Made by a program: the position numbers and the translations under genes. A stretch of DNA of 64,000 nucleotides from Gammaproteobacteria bacterium (lineage in GTDB: Bacteria > Pseudomonadota > Gammaproteobacteria > Arenicellales > Poriferihabitantaceae), in assembly GCA_022827325.1 (NCBI GenBank), contig JAJDTE010000143.1:16034-80033 (forward strand), in the 5' to 3' direction. Below, in pieces: positions 9,354-18,706 of the stretch. Position 1 is the first letter of the stretch; every line of letters starts with the position of its first letter. Below the pieces are notes generated by a model, which saw nothing but the letters and a program-made list of their open reading frames with translations, searched no databases and was not told where the DNA came from.

Positions 9354-10523
9354 ATGGAAATACATGAATACCAGGCCAAGCAGCTGCTGGGCGAATTCGG
9401 CGTGAACATTCCTCCGGGCGGCCTGGCCTACAGTCCGGAACAGGCGGTGTACCGCGCCAGCGAACTGGGGGGCAGCCGGTGGGTAGTCAAGGCGCAGATC
9501 TATTCCGGCGGGCGGGGCAAGGCCGGCGGGATCAAGGTGTGCGGTGACAGCCACGAGATCTGGGATGCGTCCGAATCGCTGCTCGGGCGAAGGCTGGTCA
9601 CCGCCCAGACTGGGCCGGCCGGAAAGCCCATTTACCGGCTGTACGTGGAGCCGGCATTCAACATCCTGAGCGAGAAATATTTCGGCCTCGTTCTGGACCG
9701 GAGCCGCGAGTGCATCGTCGCCGTCGGTTCCGCGGAGGGCGGCATGGACATCGAGGAACTGGCGGAGAGCCGGCCGGATGCCATCATCCGGACCGAGATC
9801 GAACCTGCGGTCGGAATGCAGATGTTCCAGGCCAAGCGCCTGGCTTACCAGATCGGGTTCGACGCACAGGATACCGGCCAGGCGGCAAACATCTTTCTGC
9901 GCGCCTACCGGGCGTTTCGCGACCTGGATGCGACCATGCTGGAAATCAATCCCCTGGCGGTAACCGCCGAAGGCGGGGTCCTGGCCCTGGATGCCAAGAT
10001 GACATTCGATGACAACGCCCTGTTCCGCCACTCGATGATTTCCGAGTTCCGGGACAAGTCGCAGGAAGATCCGAACGAGATGGAGGCGGCCGACCGGGGA
10101 CTGAGCTACGTGGGGCTCGAAGGCAACATCGGCTGTATCGTCAACGGCGCGGGGCTGGCCATGGCCACCATGGACATCATCAAGCTCCGGGGGGGAGAAC
10201 CCGCCAATTTCATGGATATCGGCGGCGGTGCTTCACCCAGCCGGGTGGCAAAGGCATTCCGGCTGGTTCTGTCCGACCCGAAGGTGAAGGCAATCCTGGT
10301 CAACATCTTTGCCGGAATCAATCGTTGCGACTGGGTCGCGGAAGGCGTGATCGAGGCGGTAAGACGATTCGAGCCCGGGATTCCGGTGGTGGTCCGCCTG
10401 TCGGGCACCAACATGGACGAAGGCCTGCGGATGATTCGTGAATCGGGCCTTCAGATCCAATCAACCGACACTCTCGACGGCGCGGTCAAGGCGGCGGTCG
10501 AATCCATTTCGGAGAAAGGCTGA
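9354..10523 (+). CDS. mtkA: Malate-CoA ligase (malate thiokinase) beta subunit, SucC-like
   Basis: [28 protein letters not shown], and [15 protein letters not shown] (the Mtk-type variant of SucC GGI-x-RCD); follows mcl. Confidence 0.88.
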   Translation: MEIHEYQAKQLLGEFGVNIPPGGLAYSPEQAVYRASELGGSRWVVKAQIYSGGRGKAGGIKVCGDSHEIWDASESLLGRRLVTAQTGPAGKPIYRLYVEPAFNILSEKYFGLVLDRSRECIVAVGSAEGGMDIEELAESRPDAIIRTEIEPAVGMQMFQAKRLAYQIGFDAQDTGQAANIFLRAYRAFRDLDATMLEINPLAVTAEGGVLALDAKMTFDDNALFRHSMISEFRDKSQEDPNEMEAADRGLSYVGLEGNIGCIVNGAGLAMATMDIIKLRGGEPANFMDIGGGASPSRVAKAFRLVLSDPKVKAILVNIFAGINRCDWVAEGVIEAVRRFEPGIPVVVRLSGTNMDEGLRMIRESGLQIQSTDTLDGAVKAAVESISEKG

Positions 10524-11416
10524 TGGCGATACTGATCAATCGGGACACGCCCATACTGGTCCAGGGGTTCACCGGGAAGATCGCCACTTTCCACAGTACC
10601 GAAATGATTGATTACGGGTCGAACGTCGTGGGCGGCGTGACCCCCGGGAAAGGGGGCACAAGGCACCTTGAGCGGCCCGTGTTCAACTCGGTTCATGACG
10701 CGGTATCGGAAACCGGCGCCGAGGCAAGCATCATTTTCGTGCCGCCCGCGTTCGCGGCCGACAGCATCATGGAGGCGGTGGATGGCGGGATTCAACTCTG
10801 TGTTGCCATCACGGACGGGATACCGGCCCAGGACATGCTGCGGGTCAAGCGTTACATGAGGCGGGTCAAGAAGGAACGGCGCATGCTGCTGATCGGTCCG
10901 AACTGTGCGGGTGTCATCAGTCCCGGAAAGTCCATGCTGGGAATCATGCCGGGACACATCTACAAGGCGGGCAGCATCGGCATCGTCAGCCGTTCAGGCA
11001 CCCTCGGATACGAGGCGGCGTATCAACTCAAGCAGGTGGGGGCCGGGGTGTCCACCTCGGTCGGAATTGGCGGCGATCCGATCAACGGCAGTTCCTTCAG
11101 GGATCACCTCGAACGGTTCGAGCAGGACAACGAAACCCGGGTGGTGCTCATGATCGGGGAGATCGGCGGACCCCAGGAGATCGAGGCGGCGAAGTTCTGT
11201 CGGGAAAACATGTCCAAGCCCGTGATCGGCTATATCGCCGGCCTGACGGCCCCGAAAGGCAGACGCATGGGGCACGCCGGGGCGATCGTCAACACCGCCG
11301 GCGAGAGCGCCCGGGAAAAGGTCGAAATGCTGAAGGAGAACAATGTGACCATTGTTCCCTCTCCGGCCCAGTTTGCCGAAACGGTCCTGTCAGCTGCCGG
11401 CTCTCTCGTAACATAG
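10523..11416 (+). CDS. mtkB: Malate-CoA ligase alpha subunit, SucD-like
   Basis: VQGFTGK, GGVTPGKGG, SRSGTLGYEA, GIGGDP and phospho-His motif RMGHAGA; ATG overlaps the mtkA stop. Confidence 0.88.
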   Translation: MAILINRDTPILVQGFTGKIATFHSTEMIDYGSNVVGGVTPGKGGTRHLERPVFNSVHDAVSETGAEASIIFVPPAFAADSIMEAVDGGIQLCVAITDGIPAQDMLRVKRYMRRVKKERRMLLIGPNCAGVISPGKSMLGIMPGHIYKAGSIGIVSRSGTLGYEAAYQLKQVGAGVSTSVGIGGDPINGSSFRDHLERFEQDNETRVVLMIGEIGGPQEIEAAKFCRENMSKPVIGYIAGLTAPKGRRMGHAGAIVNTAGESAREKVEMLKENNVTIVPSPAQFAETVLSAAGSLVT

Positions 11417-11693
11417 GCGGGAACCCTGCCCGGGTGCGTCAACCCCGCCAGGGTAAACGGCGTGACCTCACTCCGCAGTCCGCAGCAACCCATACACCAT
11501 GGCGCCAGGCACACCACCCACTCGTGCGGCGCCATGACCTCGTGCCCTCGATGATCGGCCATGTGCCTGGTTCGAATTCGCCCAATGGGGCAACATCGAC
11601 CTCGACACCTTCTTGTGCCGCTCCCGGGAGGCGGCGGCCATTGATACCCGAAATCACTGCAGGGAAATTCCAATACAAGTAAAGTCTCTGTAA

Positions 11694-11706
11694 AATCAAT
11701 CTGTTA
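11694..11706 (+). promoter_or_regulatory. IHF-binding consensus (AATCAAtctgTTA)
   Basis: Exact match to WATCAANNNNTTR in an AT-rich stretch upstream of the SHMT-like gene. Confidence 0.45.
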
Positions 11707-11850
11707 GAATACCATTCCCTAATTCAACAGCAGACAATTACCATTGATGGAACACACTTTCATATACATTCCGGTGGTCTTGCCCGTGACCGATGTGCCC
11801 GGTCTGGGGCTTTTCATGCCACGGGTGCTGCTCGAGTTTGGGTGAGAACG

Positions 11851-13140
11851 ATGATGCGCCCTGACAACGCCCCCCCGGGTCATCTGTCGCGCTCTCTGGC
11901 CGAGGTCGATCCGCCGGTCCGTGCGGCGCTCGACAGTGAGGCGTCCCGCCAATACGCGCAGATTGAGCTCATCGCCTCGGAAAACATCATGAGCCGTGCG
12001 GTGCTCGAGGCACTCGGGCACGAGATCGGAAACAAGACGCTGGAAGGTTATCCCGCAAACCGCTTCCACGGCGGCGGCGAGAATGTTGACGTCGTCGAAC
12101 GCCTCGCCATCGAGCGCACGAAGGAACTCTTCGGTGCGACCTATGCCAATGTCCAGCCGCACTCGGGCACACAGGCCAATCAGGCCGTGTTCTTCGTGCT
12201 GCTACGCCCCGGAGACCGGATCCTGAGTCTGGATCTGGCAGCTGGCGGACACCTCAGCCATGGTGCTGGAGCAAACCTCTCGGGACGCTGGTTCGACTCC
12301 CATCACTACGGTGTGGACCGCGCGAGCGGTCTGCTGGATTACGACGCGATCGAGACCCGGGCCCGCGAGGTGCGTCCGGCGCTGTTGATCGCCGGCGGGT
12401 CGGCTTATCCGCGTGTCATCGACTTCGAACGCATGGCCCGGATCGCGGAAGCAGTCGAAGCACGGTTACTGGTGGACATGGCACACATCGCCGGGCTCGT
12501 CGCTGCCGACGCGCACCCCTCGCCCCTGCCTCATGCCGACATCGTTACCTGCACCACGACCAAAACCTTGCGCGGACCCCGGGGCGGCGTCATCCTCGCG
12601 CAATCAGACGAATTCGCAAAACGCCTTCAATCCGCAGTCTTCCCCGGTGTCCAGGGAAGCCTTCACCCCAACGTTCTCGCCGCCAAGGCAGTGTGCCTGG
12701 GCGAAGCCCTTCGCCCGGAGTTCAGAGTCTATGGGCAGCGCGTCGTGCAAAACGCGCGCGTGCTCGCCGCCACGCTCGCGGACCGCGGCATCGGGATAGT
12801 TGGCGGCGGCACCGACACCCACATGGTGCTGCTCGATCTCGCATCGGTGGGCCTTCTCGGCCAACAGGCTGAAACTGTGCTGGCCAAGGCCGGCATCACA
12901 TCCAACAAGAACCCGGTCCCGTTCGACGCGCGAAGCCCTTCGAAATGGACCGGGTTGCGACTGGGCGTCTCGGCCGTGACGACACGCGGCCTTGCGCCCC
13001 CTGATATGGAAGTACTTGGGGCGTGCATCGCCGATCTGCTGCATGGCGAGTCCCGTTCGGACCCCGGCCCGGCGCTTGCCCAGGCAGAACCCATCATCGC
13101 CCGGCTCGCTCAGAGCGTAGACTGGTACGGCACGACATGA
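11851..13140 (+). CDS. glyA: Serine hydroxymethyltransferase family paralog of the 2-methylserine (D-alanine 2-) hydroxymethyltransferase type
   Basis: SHMT fold (LIASEN, NVQPHSG, GGHLSHG, DMAHIAGL, KTLRGPRGG), but with NKTLEGYPANRFHGGG, CTTTKTL and QGSLHPN in place of canonical NKYAEGYPGKRYYGGC, TTTHKTL and QGGP. Alternative GTG start at 11842. Confidence 0.9.
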   Translation: MMRPDNAPPGHLSRSLAEVDPPVRAALDSEASRQYAQIELIASENIMSRAVLEALGHEIGNKTLEGYPANRFHGGGENVDVVERLAIERTKELFGATYANVQPHSGTQANQAVFFVLLRPGDRILSLDLAAGGHLSHGAGANLSGRWFDSHHYGVDRASGLLDYDAIETRAREVRPALLIAGGSAYPRVIDFERMARIAEAVEARLLVDMAHIAGLVAADAHPSPLPHADIVTCTTTKTLRGPRGGVILAQSDEFAKRLQSAVFPGVQGSLHPNVLAAKAVCLGEALRPEFRVYGQRVVQNARVLAATLADRGIGIVGGGTDTHMVLLDLASVGLLGQQAETVLAKAGITSNKNPVPFDARSPSKWTGLRLGVSAVTTRGLAPPDMEVLGACIADLLHGESRSDPGPALAQAEPIIARLAQSVDWYGTT

Positions 13141-13551
13141 CCGACTTTGAATAATCCTCTTCCAGGTGGCCACACATCATGATACGCCATGGTCCACCGC
13201 TCCTTGCCCGCACCCAGCGCACTGCTACCGACGACAGCATCAGGGGGATTCCGGGGCATGTTGTCCGCAGTGAACGGATTCACTGGCAGGAGAATGTAAC
13301 AGTCTACTCGATCGTGTCCTCCAAGGTAGTAGGGCGTCACGGTCGCATCGTCTGTATAGTCCCTCAGGCCTCTGAACCAGATGAGCATGGACTCACCGGT
13401 TTGATCCGGGCAGCACAATCTCGAAAGACCATGGAGGAAGAAGGCCGGCAATTCTGACCGGCCGTCCCGAATGGGCGATCTCCGACAAAGGGGTTTAACT
13501 TCCCGAATTTGTGCCGATTTATTGGGTGAACGATCCCTGCAGAACGGAACC

Positions 13552-14910
13552 ATGCTGTCCAGAGTCCCGTGCGCCCTTCTCGGTGCCGGCCTTCTTTTCC
13601 TCCTCGGGCTGTCCGGCCCCGCCCATGCCCTGTTGCCCGCCCGGGTGGATGGCGAGCCCCTGCCCAGCCTGGCGCCGATGCTGGAAAATGTCCTCCCGGC
13701 GGTGGTGAACATCTCCACCACTACCCGGATCCGGACCACGGATCACCCTTTGATGCAGGATCCGTTCTTCCGCCGGTTCCTCGGCCCGCGCGAGCGGGAG
13801 GGCAGCAGCCTCGGTTCCGGGGTCATCGTCGATGCCGTGAACGGCTACATTCTCACGAACCACCATGTCATCGACCGGGCCGACGAGATCACCGTCACCA
13901 CCAACGACGGCCGGTCCATGGAAGCAACCCTGGTGGGCTCCGATGAGGACAGCGACGTCGCAGTCATCCAGGTGCGGGGAGACAACCTGCAGGCCATTGC
14001 CATCGGCAGGTCCGCGGAACTTCGCGTGGGCGATTTCGTGGTGGCCATCGGCAGCCCGTTCGGGCTCAGCCAGACCGTGACCTCCGGCATCGTCAGCGCC
14101 CTCGGCCGCAGCGGCCTCGGGATCGAGGGCTATGAGGATTTCATCCAGACCGACGCCTCCATCAACCCAGGCAACTCCGGGGGCGCGCTGGTGAATCTCC
14201 GCGGGGAACTGGTCGGCATCAACACCGCGATCCTGTCCCGCGGCGGCGGGAGCATCGGCATCGGCCTTTCCATACCCGTCGACATGGCCGGCGCGCTGAT
14301 GTCCCAGATTATTGAGCACGGCGACGTGCAGCGCGGCATCCTCGGTGTGGCCATGCAGGATCTCACGCCCCGGCTGGCGGAAGCCTTCGGCATCCCGGGC
14401 AGGCGCGGCGCCGTGGTCTCCCAGGTGGTTCCCGGCTCCGCGGCGGAGGAAATCGGCATGCAGTCGGGTGATGTCATCGTCGGCTTCGACAACGCCGAGA
14501 TCCACGACAGCGCCGACCTCCGAAACGCCGTGGGACTGCTGCGCACGGGTGACAAGGGCACCGTGGCCTTCTACCGGGGCGGCCGGCTGATCGAGCGGGA
14601 AGTCACCATCCACGATCCGCGGAAGGTCGCGAATGTCCAGGGCAAGGCCCCGGCAGACAGCCGTTTTGCCGGCGCAGCCTTCGAGGGGGTGACTTCCGAG
14701 GACGGCGAGAAGGCCATCCGGGTCACCGGCATCGAACCCGGCAGTCCCGCGGCCCGCACGGGCATCGTCCCGGGCGACGTGATCTATTCGGTCAACCGGC
14801 ATCGGATCGAGTCGGTGGACGACCTGTCGAATGTCGTCGAGCGGTCGGACGGCGTGCTCCTGATGCGCCTGCTGCGCGACGGACGGGCCCTGTTCCTGGT
14901 GGTGAAGTAG
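13552..14910 (+). CDS. degQ: DegQ/DegP family periplasmic serine endoprotease with two PDZ domains
   Basis: Signal peptide (AHA), PSLAPMLE, TNHHV, D, and GNSGGAL catalytic triad motifs; two PDZ domains. Confidence 0.92.
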   Translation: MLSRVPCALLGAGLLFLLGLSGPAHALLPARVDGEPLPSLAPMLENVLPAVVNISTTTRIRTTDHPLMQDPFFRRFLGPREREGSSLGSGVIVDAVNGYILTNHHVIDRADEITVTTNDGRSMEATLVGSDEDSDVAVIQVRGDNLQAIAIGRSAELRVGDFVVAIGSPFGLSQTVTSGIVSALGRSGLGIEGYEDFIQTDASINPGNSGGALVNLRGELVGINTAILSRGGGSIGIGLSIPVDMAGALMSQIIEHGDVQRGILGVAMQDLTPRLAEAFGIPGRRGAVVSQVVPGSAAEEIGMQSGDVIVGFDNAEIHDSADLRNAVGLLRTGDKGTVAFYRGGRLIEREVTIHDPRKVANVQGKAPADSRFAGAAFEGVTSEDGEKAIRVTGIEPGSPAARTGIVPGDVIYSVNRHRIESVDDLSNVVERSDGVLLMRLLRDGRALFLVVK

Positions 14911-15033
14911 ACTTTCCGCCGTTCCGCTGCCGCTTGCGGGCGCATCCTCTCCCTTGCGCCGGACAAATGATGTATTTTCTCCACTGTCTGCCGGGCCATG
15001 GGCCTTGCATGGCCGGCATGCTGCAACTTCATC

Positions 15034-15729
15034 ATGACAGAATTCCTCCTGGCGATTACCCTCTTTGTCGTGGCCCATGCCGTGCCGCCGGCTCCCCCGG
15101 TGCGCCGGCGCCTGGTCTCCGTCCTCGGCCGGCGCCTGTACCTGACCGTCTACTCCCTCGCCTCCCTTGTCCTCCTTGCCTGGGTCATTTCCGCCGCTGT
15201 CAGGGCCCCGCTCATTCTGCTCTGGGCGCCGACGGGCTGGCAGTGGGTGGTGCCCGTCGCCGCGATGCCGCTGGCGTTCTGGTTCCTCGTCGCCGGCCTC
15301 GCCGAAGCCAACCCGCTTTCCATTTCTTTCCGTCGCCGTGACCCGGCCGTCCCTCTTCCCCCGATTGTCCGGATCACCCGCCACCCCGTGATCTGGGGCT
15401 TCCTGATCTGGGCAGGGGCACATGTTCCGCCCAACGGCGATGTCGTCTCGCTCATCCTGTTCGGTGGGATGACCGCCCTTGCCGCGGCGGGCATTCCCAT
15501 GCTCGAGCGGCGTGCCCGGCAGCGGCTCGGCGACCTGCAGTGGCGGGAAATGTCACGAACCACTTCCGTCTTCCCTTTTGCCGCCGTCCTCTCGGGAAGG
15601 TCCGGACTCCGCGTGAACGGCCCGTTCCTCCAGCATGCCATCGCGGGGATCGCCGCCTACCTGTGGTTCCTCCTTAAGGGCCACGAATGGCTGATCGGGG
15701 TCGACCCGCTGGCATGGCTCTCCTGGTGA
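15034..15729 (+). CDS. nnrU: NnrU family membrane protein
   Basis: FVVAHAVP...R..L...LG, YSLASL, RITRHP..WG..IWA.AH.PPNGD and RTTSVFPF motifs. Confidence 0.85.
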   Translation: MTEFLLAITLFVVAHAVPPAPPVRRRLVSVLGRRLYLTVYSLASLVLLAWVISAAVRAPLILLWAPTGWQWVVPVAAMPLAFWFLVAGLAEANPLSISFRRRDPAVPLPPIVRITRHPVIWGFLIWAGAHVPPNGDVVSLILFGGMTALAAAGIPMLERRARQRLGDLQWREMSRTTSVFPFAAVLSGRSGLRVNGPFLQHAIAGIAAYLWFLLKGHEWLIGVDPLAWLSW

Positions 15730-15748
15730 CCTGAAGCAGTCTCCCCGC

Positions 15749-16906
15749 ATGCGACACGTCCTTTTCAGCCACGGTTTCCGTCCGTTCTTTCTTGGCGGCG
15801 CCCTCTGGGCCGCGGCCACCATGCTGTTCTGGGCCGCCCTGCTGACCGGGCACATCACGTTCGAGACCCCCTACGGCGTCGTCGTATGGCATTCCCATGC
15901 ACTCCTTTTCGGGTACGGATCGGCGATCGTGGCCGGCTTCCTGCTGACCGCCATACCGAACTGGACCGGGCGCCCGCCGGTCGGCGGCCCGGTGTTATTT
16001 GTCCTGTTCGCTGTCTGGCTGTCGGGCCGGGTGGCGGTCCTGCTCGCGGGCACGGTCGGGCTTGTTGCCGCGGCCATCGTCGACAGCCTCTTCCTGCTCG
16101 GAATGTCCGCCGTCGTCTTCCGGGAGATTGTCGCCGGGCGGAATCGCCGCAATCTCACCGTGGCAGTGATCGTGCTCCTTTATTGCCTGACCAATATCGC
16201 CTTTCATCTCGAGCTTATCCAGAGCGGCTATCCGTTCCATGCCACCAAGGCGGCGGTTTCGGTTCTCGTCATCCTGATCATGCTGATCGGCGGCCGGATC
16301 ATTCCCGGCTTCACCCGGAACTGGCTTACGGCCCAGGGCGCCCGGGCGCTTCCGGCGCCATTCAGTGCATTCGACCGGCTCGCGCTCGGTGTCGCCGTGT
16401 CCGCCCTGGCGATCTGGACCGTCTTCCCGTGGTGGCGGCTTACGGGCTGGACGCTCCTCCTGGCCGCGCTCATCCAGGCCGTCCGTCTTGCACGCTGGTC
16501 GGGCCACCGCACCTTCCGCGAACCCCTCGTTCTGATCCTGCATGTCGGCTATGCCTTCGTGCCGCTGGGCTTCGCCGCCGTCGGGGGCGCCATCCTGTGG
16601 CCCTACGCCGTTCCCGTCTCCGGATCGCTGCATGCCTGGACCACCGGGGCGATCGGCGTGATGACCCTCGCCGTCATGACCCGTGCAAGCAGGGGGCATT
16701 CCGGACGCCCCCTGACCGCCCCCGCCTCCACGCAGTTCATCTACCTGCTCGTGCTCCTTTCGGCCATCGCCCGGCTCGCCGCGGCCCTGCTGCCGGAATC
16801 GGCATTCCCGCTTCTCGTGTTCTCCTCCCTTGCGTGGGCGGCCGCCTTCTCCGCCTTCGTGATCTTCTACGGCCCGATGCTCCTGGAGTCCCGCGGGGAG
16901 GACTGA
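15749..16906 (+). CDS. nnrS: NnrS family heme/copper membrane protein
   Basis: GFRPFFL, WHSHALLFGY, GFLLTAIPNWTG, GGRIIPGFTRNW, LHVGY, HAWTTG and MTRASRGHSGR. Confidence 0.92.
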   Translation: MRHVLFSHGFRPFFLGGALWAAATMLFWAALLTGHITFETPYGVVVWHSHALLFGYGSAIVAGFLLTAIPNWTGRPPVGGPVLFVLFAVWLSGRVAVLLAGTVGLVAAAIVDSLFLLGMSAVVFREIVAGRNRRNLTVAVIVLLYCLTNIAFHLELIQSGYPFHATKAAVSVLVILIMLIGGRIIPGFTRNWLTAQGARALPAPFSAFDRLALGVAVSALAIWTVFPWWRLTGWTLLLAALIQAVRLARWSGHRTFREPLVLILHVGYAFVPLGFAAVGGAILWPYAVPVSGSLHAWTTGAIGVMTLAVMTRASRGHSGRPLTAPASTQFIYLLVLLSAIARLAAALLPESAFPLLVFSSLAWAAAFSAFVIFYGPMLLESRGED

Positions 16907-17038
16907 AGACCCGGGCCGAGGCGGGACCGGGAGGAGTGCTTTGGGGAGCCATAAGGGATTCCTTTCGCAAATGCGTGGACTTGGCCGGTGCCCGTCGCCA
17001 TAATCCCCCCGTCGACGGACCCGATGCGTGCACGTGCA

Positions 17039-17725
17039 ATGCCCGACCAGCTGATCGCCCCCTCCATACTCTCCGCGGATTTCGCCCGGCTGGGCGAGGA
17101 GGTGGACAATGTCCTCGCTGCGGGCGCGGACATGGTGCATTTCGACGTCATGGACAACCACTACGTCCCGAATCTCACCGTCGGCCCGCTGATCTGCGAG
17201 GCCCTGCGCGGACACGGCGTCACCGCCCCCATCGACGTGCATCTCATGGTCAAGCCGGTGGACCGGATCATTCCGGATTTCGCCGCCGCCGGCGCAACCT
17301 ACATCACCTTCCACCCGGAGGCGTCCGAACATGTCGACCGGTCCCTCCAGCTGATCCGTTCCGAGAACTGCCGGCCGGGCCTGGTGTTCAATCCCGCCAC
17401 GCCGCTGGATGCGCTGGAATACGTGATGGACAAGATCGACATGATCCTGCTCATGTCGGTCAACCCCGGGTTCGGCGGCCAGTCGTTCATCCCCGCCACG
17501 CTGGACAAGCTGAAGAAGGCCCGGCGCCTGATCGAAGCGAGCGGCCGTGACATCCGCCTGGAAGTCGACGGCGGGGTGAAGGTGGACAACATCGCCGAGA
17601 TCGCCCGGGCCGGTGCCGACACCTTTGTCGCGGGCAGCGCCATCTTCGGCGCAGGAAGGTCCGAAGACCCCAACCGGTACGATACCGTGGTCACCTCCAT
17701 GCGGGACCAGCTGGCAACGATCTGA
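17039..17725 (+). CDS. rpe: Ribulose-phosphate 3-epimerase
   Basis: [34 protein letters not shown] and VDGG. Confidence 0.97.
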   Translation: MPDQLIAPSILSADFARLGEEVDNVLAAGADMVHFDVMDNHYVPNLTVGPLICEALRGHGVTAPIDVHLMVKPVDRIIPDFAAAGATYITFHPEASEHVDRSLQLIRSENCRPGLVFNPATPLDALEYVMDKIDMILLMSVNPGFGGQSFIPATLDKLKKARRLIEASGRDIRLEVDGGVKVDNIAEIARAGADTFVAGSAIFGAGRSEDPNRYDTVVTSMRDQLATI

Positions 17726-17738
17726 TTCCCCCTTCAAT

Positions 17739-18452
17739 ATGCAACCACTGACGGCCCGCACGCTGCTGTTCGACCTCGACGGCACCCTGATGGACACGGT
17801 GCCGGATATCGCCGGCGCCGCCAATCGCACCATGCGTGCCCTCGGCCTTGCGGAAAGGCCGGAGGAGGACCTGCGCATGTGGACCGGCAACGGTTCGGAC
17901 AGGCTGATCAAGCGCACCATCACCGGGGAATGGGACGGGGAGCCGGACCCCGCGTTGCTGGAACGGGCGCTGCCGCTCTTCTTCGATCTCTACGCCAAAC
18001 ACATCCACGAGCGGAGCCGGTTCTACCCCGGCGTGGAGGAGACCATGGCGCGCCTTCGCGCGGAGGGCTTCACTCTCGCCTGCGTGACCAACAAGCCCGA
18101 CCGTCACACCGGCCTGCTCCTGGAGGTTTCGGGCCTGTCCCGCCACCTGTCGACCTGGGTGGGCGGCAACACCATCGGGGTGCGCAAGCCGGACCCGGGC
18201 CAGCTGCTGCATGCCGCCGAGACCCTCGGCAGCGCCCCATCGGAATGCGTCATGATCGGAGACTCCATGAACGATATCCAGGCCGCGCGGGCTGCGGGCA
18301 TGCGGGTGATCTGCCTGACCTACGGCTACAACCAGGGGGTGGACCTGCGAACGGGCAGTCCGGACCGCCTGCTCGATGATTTCCGGGAACTCGTCGAGCA
18401 TCTTGCGCCGGCATCCGGAATCAGCGACCGTAAGCTATCCTCCGTGGTCTGA
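17739..18452 (+). CDS. gph: Phosphoglycolate phosphatase (HAD)
   Basis: FDLDGTLMD, VTNKP, KPDP and IGDSMNDIQAARAAG; conserved rpe-gph-trpE context. Confidence 0.9.
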   Translation: MQPLTARTLLFDLDGTLMDTVPDIAGAANRTMRALGLAERPEEDLRMWTGNGSDRLIKRTITGEWDGEPDPALLERALPLFFDLYAKHIHERSRFYPGVEETMARLRAEGFTLACVTNKPDRHTGLLLEVSGLSRHLSTWVGGNTIGVRKPDPGQLLHAAETLGSAPSECVMIGDSMNDIQAARAAGMRVICLTYGYNQGVDLRTGSPDRLLDDFRELVEHLAPASGISDRKLSSVV

Positions 18453-18590
18453 ATACCGGACCCAGAACCGCATCGGACGCCGGCAGACTCCCCCTTTCCC
18501 GGCGACGCCGTCCCGTCCTTTCCGCTGGACTTTGTGCCGCATCCGGGTACAATCCGCCAGCGAACCCGATTCATTCACGCGGTTTACCGC

Positions 18591-18653
18591 ATGCCAACAG
18601 TCATCACATCCGGAACCCAATGGACCTGGCCCTGGCGAGGCTGGCGCAGCTGA
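18591..18653 (+). CDS. trpL: Trp attenuator leader peptide MPTVITSGTQWTWPWRGWRS
   Basis: 20-aa ORF with four TGG codons, read directly from the sequence. Lies after a -10 box TACAAT (18548-18553) and ends 53 bp before trpE. Confidence 0.8.
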   Translation: MPTVITSGTQWTWPWRGWRS

Positions 18654-18706
18654 CGCTTTGCCCTGCCCGGCCATGCGGCCGCCATTCCTGACCGTGATGA
18701 TTGAAC

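Noticed and set aside
9354-11416. Calling the pair succinyl-CoA synthetase sucCD
   Set aside because: The AGINRCDW motif and operon position after mcl favour malate thiokinase.
11747-11763. Possible sigma54 promoter TGGAAC-N5-TTCAT next to the IHF site
   Set aside because: It lacks the invariant -12 GC.
11770-11845. Possible ZTP (pfl) or glycine riboswitch upstream of the SHMT-like gene
   Set aside because: The conserved GACTGGC...GCCTGGGC and GGAGA...GAAG/CTCAGG elements are not present.
14954-14985. NnrR/FNR box (TTGCG...ACAAA) or NsrR half-site (GATGTATTTT) upstream of nnrU
   Set aside because: Spacing and second half-sites do not fit the consensus, so it is too weak to call.
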